A DNA stretch of 64,000 bases from Sarea resinae (lineage: Eukaryota). Of the stretch, positions 50,860 through 63,107 are shown in pieces (positions within the stretch are counted from its first letter, which is position 1; the number at the start of each line of letters is the position of its first letter). The notes beneath the pieces were generated by a model that worked only from the letters and a program-made list of their open reading frames with translations, ran no database searches and was not told the DNA's origin. The stretch spans positions 496,001-560,000 of the forward strand of contig JAPEUD010000008.1 of NCBI GenBank assembly GCA_026026165.1, given 5' to 3'. Both the position numbers and the translations under genes were made by a program.

Positions 50860-53227
50860 TTCTCCTTCTCCCGCCCCCACTCTAATTACCGTCATGCTAA
50901 TGCTGGATGAAGCCACAACGAAGCGCTGGCTTGGTCCTCAGAGTCTTGTAGGTATCTCAGGATTTGGCACAAATGCTACCTTTCTTCTGCAATTCAACCG
51001 CTTACTCTGGAATGAAAAGTCACGTCCAGAATGCGCTGTGGGCAGTCAATTTTCTGTTGAAAAAGTTTGACATAGACAAACGAGATCAAATCGTGGGTAC
51101 AAGTTTTGGGAGGTGGGCTAGGTTCCAACGGCCCCAGCAGAAGGCTGGTAAACCAAAGCTGAACGGCAGGACCTGGGAAGCTAAACATGATCCATGGAGA
51201 GGGATATCAAGGACAGCCTTCAGCGCTGATTATTTCCAAAGATACGAAGTTGGACTTAGCACCGATACATCAAAGGATCTCATCTGGAAGATGATGGAAC
51301 TGAACTCGTACGATCACGACGGTAGCAAAAGATCCAATAATTCGAGGCATATGATGATATTCAAGACTGATATCTTGCAGATAATCCGTATTACGCTTAT
51401 GACATATATCTTCAAAGGGTGTCATGCTATATCCAGCACCAAGAGGTTGTTCCAGAGATGTCCACGAGTCCTGACATTGAGAACCCTTACCTTGACAGAC
51501 CCCCTTATGCTTCTGATCTACGTGGTCGGAGAAGGTCTCAGTCACCAAAATTAAGAGATCTAGATAATGGTAGTCTTAATGAGGTCCTGAACTTCTTCGT
51601 TGCTGACAAGGCGGTACCAGGGAATGCCATTATCATATTCGACAATTCACACAGCGGATCAATTCGAGACACATTGATACGCGCTCGTCAATCTTCAGAG
51701 TCCCGCTGGGTATATCCGCTACATGTGAAGGAAGCGCGGGAAATTTGCTGACTCGGCATTTCTAGAGGAGACTCCCCTTCTATTTAGCTTATGATGCCCA
51801 TCACGACATGTCGAATGACCAAGTTTTGGCTTTGGAATGTACAAGACTGGTTTTGCAAGACGTTTTCAAAAATCTGGTTCGTTCGTGGGATCGATTTCTT
51901 GACATTAGTGGTACGCATGTCAGTATACTGGTAAGTCACGATATGTCCTTATCTCGCACTGTTACGAGTGGGACGTTGAGTCTGAGTTCGCTTGTACAGG
52001 AAGATAAGATCTACGAGCAACCCGCGGATGAGACTAGGGCGCCAGAGCTCTGGGCTAACTCGAGTCAATGGCTGAAGGCTGCCAAGCTCATTTCAATCCA
52101 CATGGACATTGTCAAAGAAATGAAGATATACCTGCTTGATTTGACCGAGACTGAAGGGATCGAGAATAAGTGGCTGGATCCCATTTCTTCAGATATTGAT
52201 CGGATCAAAAATTCTGTTAATGAAGATCTGGTAAAACCAACTGCAGCTCTTGCTGATCTTGTAAATATCTGTAATTGACTCCTAAGTAGAGATTGCTGAC
52301 TCTTTCTAGATGTATAAATCTGTTGGAATTAGGGATTCGAGGCATTCTTTGCGACTAGGCACCAGCATGTGGAGATTGAGCTGGATCACATTTATCTTTC
52401 TTCCCTTGACTTTCATAGTGGGCTTCTTTGGAATGAATGTCATTCCATTTCAAAAAGACTCCCCTTCGATCAAATGGTAAGAGCGTGATCTTGGTTTGAT
52501 TGGTTCTTGTCGCTAATCGGCCCTCATAAGGTACTTCATTGCCGCTGTCCCATTCATGCTCTGCGTTCTTATATTTTGGTACCTATTAAAGCACTTGTTG
52601 GCTCGAAACCGCCCGGCGCCCTACACAAGAGGTATCTACGACCACATGTTCCACGACCTTGCAACGAACAACCCTGCACTCTGGTCTCGCAAAGGCCCTC
52701 GAACGGATATACCAGAACCTCGGGGATTCACAAACAAGCTGAAATGGTACCTCATCAGGCACTGGACCTGGCCTCACAAGACCACTAGTGCCGTATCCGC
52801 CAATGACGAAGATGCGAACAGTATGGGAGCCTGGTTCCGCTTCAAGCGGTTCATGATTAAAAGGTGGACGGCTGAGATTCAGGAGACGATGGATCCTTTC
52901 TATGGCTTTCAATCCGGTGAACCAGCTTCATTGGAGGCTGCCTTTCCTATAGCAGAGGACGCGTCCATAGTCAGCAATGGTGTCGGCAAAGCAATTGAGC
53001 TGCTTGCCATGCCTGGTACGACGGTTCTCGAGGATCAGCAGGGCGGCTTTCCAAAGTTGCCATTAAGTCCGAAAATCCGTGTTGAGAGACCGGTCCCTGC
53101 CGGGAGACCGGGTACTGGAGAGTACAGTCATAGTCGTGGAAGTAGCAGAGGGAGCGATGGTGTTATGGTCGAAGAGAAGAAAGCGGACTTGAATTTGAAG
53201 GACTTGCTTGATGTAGGGCATTCGTAA
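50236..53227 (+). CDS. CorA-family (Mg2+ transporter-like) membrane protein with long soluble N-terminus; about 11 exons
   Basis: Exon near 52310-52476 encodes SMWRLSWITFIFLPLTFIVGFFGMNV (CorA GMN signature), followed by second TM WYFIAAVPFMLCVLIFWYL. Upstream exons splice in frame from ATG 50236. Confidence 0.85.
50815..50857. repeat. C43 homopolymer within intron 4 (50801-50912) of the CorA-family gene
   Basis: Counted directly: 43 consecutive C. Confidence 0.9.
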
Positions 53228-53479
53228 TGTTACTGGCGGATATGTAAGATTGGAGTTTTCGCCCTCTTTTTCATAATATCGATTCGACCCGCCAGCCGTT
53301 AATGCTGTCTCAGTTCTCCGACTTGATTTTGCATAGCTAGGGCTTATCTTCTTGCTTTCTCGTACATAAATGATATCCGTCGCCATGATTTAAATCTAGA
53401 TTTCTTATATTTCACGTTGATCATACCTAAGTGCATTGACTCAATAAGTACCATGTGATATGTCTCGAGCTAGTGTTTC

Positions 53480-53800
53480 CAGCTTGTTTTATTGCCACTG
53501 TCATAGGATCCTTTTCCTTCGACACCCGCGCCCCCAATTATAGCAAGCTAAATCCTAGGTAGCTTACCACTATAAATTCACCCTAAACTGATTTCTACGA
53601 TTAATCTACGCAGTCTACTGTAGGTACATAATTTGGCACGCTTAGAGCAGCAATCTGTATATTACATTCTTAGTAGTTTATCAGCTCTCTTGTCACAAAT
53701 CCGTTCTGTTACTATTACTCTGTAGCCTCTGGACTTTCTTATTACCCTGTAGCTCGCTAGCCCTGTAGCTCCTAGAGTCTATTAAACACTTCAAGGTCTT
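53480..53800. other. AT/TpA-rich segment, possible RIP-decayed repeat relic
   Basis: Visibly high TA density, short internal repeats (CCCTGTAGCTC twice plus a variant), and TAG/TAA at plausible Gln positions on the minus strand. Confidence 0.3.
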
Positions 53801-54341
53801 GTTGCCGGGTAATTTGCCGGTTTCTTATTTCGTAGTATAGATTTCATATGTAAGTGATACCCAAACGACTTCGAATGCAATTGAATGAAGCTTAAATTCA
53901 GACTTGATATGCGATTTCTGAAACCATCTGTGGTGTATAATGTATATCTAAATTGCTATTGATTAGGCAGGCGGCATAGGTAGGGGGGATTCAGTTCCTC
54001 CTCAGCATCAACGACCTTAAGGGGGTATCAAAGAGGGTATCTAAGAGCGTAATGAGCCAATCAGAAACCTGGGCGAGCTTAAGCTACGATCCATAGCTCG
54101 AGGTCCTTCTATTGCTTTGTAACCTGTACCTGATTTTGCCGCCGCGCATATATCTGCTCCATGACTAAGCAGACACTTGAAAACTACCTGCAGGTAAGAA
54201 ACGAGGGCAAGCCCTCGCTTAACCGACGCCAAGCCCACCATCACCATCGGAATTGAACATCTCAATCGACGACCGCGAAAGCGAAATCGACAGCGACAAC
54301 TATCGACAACTACCACCCGGCATCCATCATCAACCACCAAG

Positions 54342-55172
54342 ATGCCTACTCGCGCAACCAAGACAAGAAAGCAGTGCGTATCCCCTCTGTCAATCAGATC
54401 CGTACGATCGAGAGCATGGCACTTCCCCTTCCAAGTCCTGCTTCAAGACACACTACCCATGTGTCTCAATTCTTCCCGCTTTCTCTGCGAGAGATAGACG
54501 TCGCGCGGACTTGCAAACGCTTCGAGATCCAAAAGACTGACACATGTTTTTCTGCAGCCGTGGCCACGTCTCGGCCGGTCACGGTCGTATCGGCAAGCAC
54601 CGCAAGCATCCCGGTGGTCGCGGTATGGCTGGTGGTCAGCACCACCACCGAACAAACTTGGACAAGTACCATCCTGGTTACTTTGGAAAGGTCGGCATGC
54701 GGTATTTCCACAAGCTCCAGAACCAATTCTGGAAGCCCATCATCAACCTCGATAAGGTGCGTCTTTGGACTTTTCATACTCGGGCAGTGGGCTTGGCAGA
54801 TGTGCTGGGAGGTGAAGGATAGCGGAAGGGAATAGGGCTTCGCGAACAGAAACGAGTACAAGGAGCAGATTGAAAGCTTCTCTTGGAGGCAGTCTTCAGC
54901 TTTTTAAAATGTTGGAGCAATGTCGCTGATGGCTCGTGCACCCTCTATAGCTATGGACTCTTGTCCCCGCCGAGAAGCGCGCAGAATTTCTCTCCGCAGA
55001 GAAGAAGTCCGACACCGTCCCCGTCCTCGACCTCCTCCCATTGGGCTACTCAAAGGTGCTAGGAAAGGGCCGAATCCCAGAGGTTCCTCTTGTCGTTCGA
55101 GCACGGTACTTCAGCAAGGAGGCAGAACGGAAGATCAAGGAGGCTGGTGGCATCGTTGAGTTGGTGGCATAG
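54342..55172 (+). CDS. RPL28: 60S ribosomal protein uL15 (L28/L27a); 3 exons (54342-54373, 54558-54756, 54951-55172)
   Basis: [62 protein letters not shown]...NLDK-LWTLVP...GGIVELVA*. Confidence 0.98.
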
Positions 55173-55614
55173 GTTGTTGTTTGTGCATGGGTTGATTGCT
55201 GCTGCGTGAGGGGAAGGAAAATCGGCGCGGCGGTAGGCAAACGTTTTCTCGTGTAAAGCTCGAGTAAAAGAGGAAAACCAGATCATTCTTCTTCGAAAGT
55301 TTCCCGCGCTAGGGAGTCTGGAACAATGGAATTCCGTTACGACCACGTTACATCTCTGTTGTGTGCGCGAACATCACCTGCGCAACGAGCCTATTTGTAA
55401 TCAATGGCTGATGTTGTCCTGCGAAATTTGGGTGTTGATTACTTGATAATGATGAATCTCCAAAATCCCAAATCAAAAGAATCAGCAGAAACACCCTGTC
55501 CTTAAATAATGCAACTACTGAAACCGTATACGAAAAAGAGGATCCGAAAAAATGCAGCAGCAGCAACGAGAGAAATACAGAGCTCTTGCAACACCGTAAC
55601 CCCTTCCCTAACAT

Positions 55615-57266
55615 TCACAACATCTCCATCTCATCCTCTTCAGCCCCACTCTCCCCGGCTCCAGCAAGAAATTCATGCTGCAGCGCATCCTCGGCCGAGA
55701 TCCTTCGACTTGGATCCAATTCCAAACACCTTGCCAGAAACCTTACCGCCAGCGCCTCATCAGTACTCAGCTTCTGCTCCCCGGAGCCATTCTCATCCTT
55801 GCCATTCCGACACGTCGACCACAAGACAATACGCTCAAGGCTGTACCCGCGCTCGCCGATGGTGGGGATGGTGCTCTCGAATACATTGCCGTGGAGCAGC
55901 GCGCAGGCTTTCATACGCTTAGCGCCGAAAATGGTGGCGATTTCGATCATTGCTTCTACGTCGTCCGCCGAATTGAAGAAAGGGAATCGCCGCGAGAGGA
56001 TGGTCAGGAGGATGACGCCGGCGGACCAGATGTCGATTTTGGTTGTTTGACTCGTGCATTTGAGGAGGACCTCCGGGGCGCGAAACCCACGCGTGCCTGC
56101 GCGGTTGGCGCGCCGCGAAGGCCGAGGGTCGTTTTTGGGGTAGCCTCCTGCGCTGCGGAGGTGGGCAGAGACGCTTGTGGCTATTCTTTGGCGTCTGGTG
56201 GAAGGATCTACTTGGCAGATGCAGTCGGTGCAGTCTGTCCCTTCTCGCTGGACGTGTGTCAGTAGACGCTTGATAGACGAGAGGTCAAGAGGGTCTGGGA
56301 TTTACCTCGGCCAGACCAAAGTCCACGAGAACACCTCTTCGCCTGTCAATATCGTAGAGAAAATTGCTTGTAAAGTCAGAATGATATTACGTGCGCAATG
56401 GGGATTGATGTTTCTTACGTAGGCTTGATGTCACGATGAAGAATTAGATGGCTGTGAACCGCAGCCAAGGCCGTGAAAAGCGACTTGAAATATATCCGCA
56501 TGTCTGATATCGTAAAGTCTCGAAAGTAATCCTATTCCAGTCAATCATTCAGTCTCTGCCATTGCAAATTCGGGTTGAACTTACTCGGAAGTCCACATGG
56601 CGAAAGTACGGCAGTACCGCCACGACCTGGTCCTGATGCCGAAAGGCGGTGATCAGTGGGCACACAGAGTCGTACCCTTTGAGATCATAGAGGAGTTCCA
56701 GTTCGTTCTGGATGCGAATAGGGCTGCTCGTGACGTAGATCTTCTTGATGGCAACGTACTGGGGTTTTCTTCGCCGTCTTTGGCCGGTGCTACCTGTGTC
56801 CTCGTCGCCTGTCCGTCGTTTCTTTGATGGTGGTGAAGTCCATTTCAGGCTTTCGTTCTGCTCGAGGTCCCAATCGTTCCTGTATTTGTGATAGAGGAGG
56901 TCCTCTGCTTTGTAGACAGTGGAGAATGTTCCTGTCATGATATAAGTAACTGTGAAGTGCGGCTTTTGAAATGGAAGCGCTGTAGTGGTTACCTTCTCCA
57001 ATGCGGTTGATCAAGCGAAACCGATTCGATATTCCCTTGAATGACTGCTCGAACCTCTTGATGTCTTCTGCGACCGACTCATCCACAACATCATCGCTGT
57101 CGTCTGAATTCTCCGACCCCTCTTCATCCTGAGAATCGTCTTCATCCAGATAGAATTGCCTCCTCTCTTCCTCGTGGTCATATATCTCTCCCTCGAGACG
57201 ATCCTGGTGAATATGGAAAGGATCTCGACCTAATCCCGCTCCTGTTGCCCCCGCCTTGGACGCCAT
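55615..57266 (-). CDS. CDC7: Cdc7/Hsk1 (DDK) kinase; 5 exons
   Basis: RIGEG-TFSTVYKA, VAIKKIYVTSSPIRIQNEL, HRDIKPT-NFL, LVDFGLAE, RANRAGTRGFRAPEVLLKC. An alternative in-frame ATG lies at 57341. Confidence 0.95.
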
Positions 57267-57712
57267 TGCTGTTCGTGTTTGATTGGGTGACGATATGAGA
57301 GGGGCTCCACCGTGATCAGTCTGGTCCACAGTCGTCTTCATAAGGGGTGGTGCAACCTGATCGACATGGTGCTTGTGAGGGGCATATGACAATTGCTCAT
57401 TACAGTACTGGGGAGACGCGAAGTGCCAGCCATTGCTATGCTAATCTATTTACTTGGGGTCCGATACGCGCACGCTAGTCTGGAAAAGGAAGAAACACAA
57501 CAACGGCTGACGGGCAAATTCCGAGTACACAAACCCACCTAACGCATACACGTCAAATCCGTCGCGGATCCTGAGGTTCCATCCACCGTTTTCGTTGACA
57601 TCGCGGCAATATTGCACCCTTCGAGTCTTGCACGCAGAGCAACCATACTCATTTTGTCATTGAAGAAACCTCATCATAAGTCAGGCAAGGTATACTTGCC
57701 CTTCTCGGCGCC

Positions 57713-60700
57713 ATGGGTGACCGAGTGGACTTCGACCTGAACGAATCCCTCAAGCATTACTTGAGCGACCCCGCAGCTGTGCCTACATCGGAGGCAGACT
57801 CGGCTTTGTTGGACTGTGAGGACAACCCCGAGTCGCTCACGAACGCGCTCATCAACGGGGTCTTGAATCCTATCGTGGACGGAGTGGCGGAGAACCCAGA
57901 AGCCATAACCAGAGCTTCGTCGTTTGACTCCCTGCAATTCTTGCTCAAGTGCGCTCCCACCATTCCTAAAACACTCCAAGAATATCAAAAAGAGCCTGAA
58001 TCTGAACTGTTCCAACTATCCAGGGCAACTTCCCAGATCCCGACACATGCGCTGAGCAAGGTGTTTGACCTTGTCTCTTCCGGTCTCTCTGCCGAGGCCG
58101 ACCTCACCCACAACGATATCGAAGCTGATGAACAGGATGTGGTTCAGCACCACAAACGACTCCTGGAGATATACGGCTTCTTGATGCAATGGGCCATCTC
58201 GGCAGTCGAGGTAAAGGCTGCCGAGAAACCTGCCACAGCATCCGCAGCTAGAGGTCGTGGAGCCGGCAAGAATGCGAAGACAAAACAGGGCGCAAAAGAT
58301 GGTAGTTGGGATGCTTCCGCTCAAATTCAAGTAGCGCTTGATATCATGTGCAAGGTCCTGAAGTTGAAGCTTGCGAAAATCTTTGTGACTACCTCTGAGC
58401 GAGACACGTTTGTTAACCTTTTCACTCGGCCAGCCTACCTAATACTCGAGAACGAGGCACGAGTCAAGAGCACCTCCATCCGGATGTATACCTTCAAAGT
58501 CCTCTGTATAGCTGTCAAGCATCACGGACACGCTTTCGGTACGTCGAACAAGATGAAGATTTAGTCGAGGGTATTGACAGTAGCTCACAGGGGCCCAAAC
58601 GTCTATTATTCAAAATCTATCCTACTTCGAGCATCTATCCGAGCCGATGGCCGAATTTCTGCACATCTTGGCCGAACAATATGACTATCCGCAATTGACG
58701 GATGAGATTCTTAGGTATGCGGAAGCGATGCGAATTCTGAAGTCATACTGACGTCCTCGAAGAGAATTGAGCAACAAAGAGTTCAATAGCAATGATACCA
58801 AGGGACCAAAATCTGTTTCAACTTTCATAATCAAGCTGTCCGAGCTCGCTCCTCGTCTTGTCATTAAGCAGATGACCATGCTTGCAAAACAGTTAGACAG
58901 CGAGGTAAGAGAGCCTCTTGAGACAATGTACTCTATGGCTGACTGAATAGTCATATACTTTACGATGCGCCATCATTGAAGTCTGCGGAAATCTCATTGC
59001 GGATCTAAGCAAGCAAGAAGAGCGAAACGAGAACCATAAAACGCAGATCAATGCATTCTTCGATGTCCTCGAAGAAAGATTCCTCGACATAAACCCATAC
59101 TGCAGATGTCGAGCCATCCAAGTTTACGTCAAACTTTGCGAACTGGAGACAAAGTTTCCGAAGCGTCGTCAAACTGTTGCCGAGCTCGCTGCCCGAAGCT
59201 TGGAAGACAAGAGCAGCAATGTTCGAAGAAACGCGATAAAATTACTGGGCAGATTGGTCTCAACTCACCCGTTTAGCGTCATGCACGGGGGTCAGCTTTC
59301 GTTCAAAGATTGGAATGATCGACTCGAGGCTGTTGAGGCGGAACTCAATGCACTGAAGCCACCTGTCAATTCGCCCGGTCTCGCCGAGAAAAGATCGGCT
59401 GTTGATACGACTGTAGATGAAGTCTTGCTGGATGACGCTACCCAGATTGAAAATGAGGCCCCTAAAAGCCCGGCACCAATGACTGAGGAGCAGAAGATGG
59501 CCGCATTGCAAAAGGCTTCTGAGGAAGCCGCAACATCGGAGGCAATGTCAAGGCTACAATTAACAAGACGATATTACGTTGAAGCGATTCGCTTCATCGA
59601 GACATTGCACAAGGCGTCGGGTATCATCTGCCAGCTACTGTCCTCGAAAAACAAGAGCGAAGTTATCGAGGCAATGGACTTTTTTGTCATTCTCGACGCG
59701 TACAAGGTTGAGACTGCGAGGTTGGGAATTCGACGGATGCTGCGACTGATCTGGACCAAGGGCAACAGCGATGAGGGAAAAGGCGTACAGAGCCATCTCA
59801 TTGAATGTTATAAAGGGCTATTCTTCGAAGCTCCTGACTCTTTTAGCAGCAACGACGCAGCCAACTACATTGCCCGCAACATGATCAGTCTCACGTTTGG
59901 CGCTACTCCAGCTGAGCTAACATCGCTGGAGCAATTGCTGAGCACAATGATGAAAGCCGACCACATCTCCGACCTCGTTATTACGAAATTGTGGCAGGTA
60001 TATGGTGTGCAGAGAAAGGATATTTCGAAGAACCAGAGACGAGGAGCAATCATCATCCTCGGAATGTTAGCGATGGCGGATCCGGAAATCGTAATAAAAG
60101 AGATGGAGACGATGCTCAGGATTGGACTAGGAAGCCTTGGACGGTCTGATTTAGGTCTTGCAAAGTATACATGCATCGCACTCAGGAGGATGAATCCCGG
60201 CGGAAGCAAAACTAAGGGTATGCCTCAAACTGCTCTGTGAAATCTGATGGCAGAAACTTACACTCTTAGAATCATCAATGGCGACTTCGAAATTAGCGAA
60301 CGACCATGCCGTACTTACCAAATTGGCCGCCATTACGGAGATAGTCTGTGACAGCAAAGAATGGTATTACATTTGCTATCGCATTGATACCTAAACGCTG
60401 ACTATCGATAGGTTTGGTGTTGCGGAACAGGCAATTGGAGCTATTTATGCTCTCTCAAAGCATCCTGATACATTGTGCTCTGAGATTCTGCGCCGTAAGA
60501 CGAAACATGTCTTCCAACAACCGAGTCGAGAAACATCGCCCCAAGCAGAAGCTAGTGCCGAGGACGAGAATGAGGCCGCATCTATACCACAGGAGACTAC
60601 GTCCGGAAAGCCGCAGAATAAATCTCTCGGACTTTCGCAGCTCCTCTTTCTGGTTGGCCATATCGCCATCAAGCAGATCGTGCATCTCGAATTATGCGAG

Positions 60701-61678
60701 ATGGACTTTAAGCGCAGAAAGGCAGAGCAAGAGAAGAATAGACCATCTGACGCGTCTCCGACTAAAGCGGGATCTACAGATCAGGACGAGCTGGATCTCA
60801 TCGGCGGGACAACAGAAGATGATTTCACTGAGGCCATGTTGCACATCCGAGAGCGTGAATTGCTTTACGGGGAGAACTCTCTGTTGGCAAACTTCGGACC
60901 CCTCGTCACAGAGATCTGCTCGAACAACACAGCATACCGCGACAGAAATCTCCAGGCTGCTGCTACTCTTTGCTTGGCCAAATTGATGTGTGTTTCTTCC
61001 GAATACTGTGAGGCGAATCTGCCATTACTCATCACTATCCTCGAGCGATCAAAGGATCCGATAATTCGAAGCAATGTTGTGATCGCACTTGGAGACATGG
61101 CGGTGTGCTTCAATCATCTGATTGACGAGAACACCGATTTCCTTTATCGGCGTCTCAACGACAATGATGCTTCGGTCAAACGGACCTGTCTGATGACCTT
61201 GACCTTCCTCATCCTTGCTGGACAAGTCAAGGTGAAGGGTCAACTTGGCGAGATGGCGAAGTGTCTGGAGGACTCCGACAAGAGAATTGCTGATCTGTCG
61301 AGAATGTTCTTCACAGAGCTTGCGACAAAAGATAATGCGGTCTACAACCATTTCGTGGACATGTTTTCCTTGCTGAGCGCCGAGAAGGACCTCGAGGAAG
61401 AGTCATTAAAAAGAATCATCAAATTCCTTGCTTCTTTTATTGAAAAGGTGAGAACGTTGTTCCTGGTATCTAGAACGATGTGACGGGAAGCTAATGACAT
61501 GTTGTAGGACAAGCACGCTAAACAGCTTGCAGACAAGCTGGCGGCACGCCTTACTCGCTGTGAGAGCGAAAGGCAATGGAATGATGTCGCCTATGCACTC
61601 TCCCTTTTGCAGCATAAGAATGAGGAAATCCAAAAGACTGTCAGCGCAGGCTTCCGGGTAGTCCAGGCAAATGCCTGA
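57713..61678 (+). CDS. YCS4: Condensin complex subunit 1 (Ycs4/Cnd1/CAP-D2), HEAT repeats; multi-exon
   Basis: LEDKSSNVRRNAIKLL, GIRRMLRLIWTKG, IRSNVVIALGDMAVCFNHLIDENTDFLYRRL, LILAGQVKVKGQLGEMAKCL. Last exon ends FRVVQANA* at 61678. Confidence 0.96.
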
Positions 61679-61779
61679 AGAGTTCCAATTTCGTCCGGAG
61701 TTAATGGTGGTCTGGACGATGGTGGGACGGTCGCCCTTTCGGCGTTGGCAGAGGAATGTTCAAGTAATGGGTCATGTCC

Positions 61780-62469
61780 TTAGGCGTCAGGTGGTGCGGG
61801 TGCAGTACCGTCGTAAATATCATCGTATTCTCCCGTTCGCATGTAGCCTATCCCTTCCTTGACGTAGAGCACTAGCCTAAAGGCAGTGTTGCCATTCAGA
61901 TAGTATCGATGCAAACGCTTGCTCCGGAGAAAGCCAAGACGTTCGTAGAGCTTCATGGCTGCCGTGTTGGTTACCTCGGTCTCAAGTGCAATCTGTTCTT
62001 GCTTCAGCAGAAGGACCCCTAGAAGGACAGTGTCGACTCGGATACCTCGTCCGCATCGCGCTCGATCATGGCATCGATGGCCATGCGCACCAGCTTCGTC
62101 GCTATGCCCTTCCCTCGATATTCCTGTTTCACTGCTAGCATGGCAATGTAGCCCCTCAGCGGTCCGCCTCGATGAAGCTCGAGCTTCGAGACCACTACTC
62201 CGACAACGTTCCCATGCTGGTCCAGTGTCTACAACGGTCTTAGCAAAGGGTAAGTTGCTCGCAATCGAGGTGTCCTTTACCATGTAGCAGAGGTCGCCCC
62301 ATTGATAGAGAAAGTAACGATAGACGTAAATGCTGTAGGGCTCGGAGAGATCTCTGGAGATCAATTGGCGGATGGCGGAGAGATATTCGTCTTCTTTGCT
62401 GCTGTGGTATTGGACGTACTGGAGATCTGAGGGGCCCGATTGCGCCACCTCGGACGCCTGCTCACTCAT
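61780..62469 (-). CDS. MAK3: NatC N-terminal acetyltransferase catalytic subunit (Mak3/Naa30); 3 exons (62469-62281, 62228-62046, 61992-61780)
   Basis: DLSEPYSIYVYRYFLYQW, RGYIAMLAVKQEYRGKGIA (acetyl-CoA motif, seen only after splicing), LETEVTNTAAMKLYERLGF, RYYLNG. Confidence 0.95.
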   Translation of the reverse strand: MSEQASEVAQSGPSDLQYVQYHSSKEDEYLSAIRQLISRDLSEPYSIYVYRYFLYQWGDLCYMVKDTSIASNLPFAKTVVDTGPAWERCRSSGLEARASSRRTAEGLHCHASSETGISREGHSDEAGAHGHRCHDRARCGRGIRVDTVLLGVLLLKQEQIALETEVTNTAAMKLYERLGFLRSKRLHRYYLNGNTAFRLVLYVKEGIGYMRTGEYDDIYDGTAPAPPDA

Positions 62470-63107
62470 GCCGCACGGCGGTCCCGGTGTTCCCTGGCTG
62501 TCCGGATACAAGTCCGTGGACCACGCCTGATGGCCGGATGAGTGGGTGTGGGAAGACTCGGTGAAGGCGCCGCTGAGCTTCAACCGCCATACGCGTTCCA
62601 AATCTGCGAGCTAGACGTCTCCGTCGTTTTGTTCTCGGCCGGACGTTGATGCGCTTTGTGACGTCGCGGCGCCCCGTGTTCCGGAGGGGAGTACGGAGTT
62701 CGGAGGAGGCTGAGTCGCGTACTCCGGAGCAGGTGCCCAACGCTCCCTCCAGGCTGGCCGATTCCGATAAGATGCGGTAACAGGCAGGTCATGTCTACTT
62801 CTCTGAAGTATGGGAGCTCAGCGTCATGGTCAAGTACCGTGTACCGCTTAGGTAGCACGATCGATCCAATTACTCCACTACTAGCTAGTACTACTGCAGC
62901 ACAGCCAGGTATCAATTATATTGAGATCCCATGTGAAATATAAACAAAATCATCATCCAATATTCCCGCCTGTCGTCTTCCTGTCGCCCTTCAGCAACCT
63001 CCACTTCAACTCTTCCGCTCTTCCTCTCTTTTCTTCTTTCTCTCTCTCTTTCTTTCTTCGTCGGAGAGCGTGTGAGCCTGAAGCCATCAAAGGCCCAGCT
63101 CGCCGGA

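Noticed and set aside
51931..51999. Stop-free 69-nt (3n) intron in the CorA-family gene
   Set aside because: Strong GTAAGT donor and CAG acceptor, and the spliced form reads naturally; short stop-free 3n introns are expected by chance.
55675..56265. 196-aa ORF antisense to CDC7 (representative of many shadow ORFs)
   Set aside because: Antisense to a well-supported GC-rich exon.
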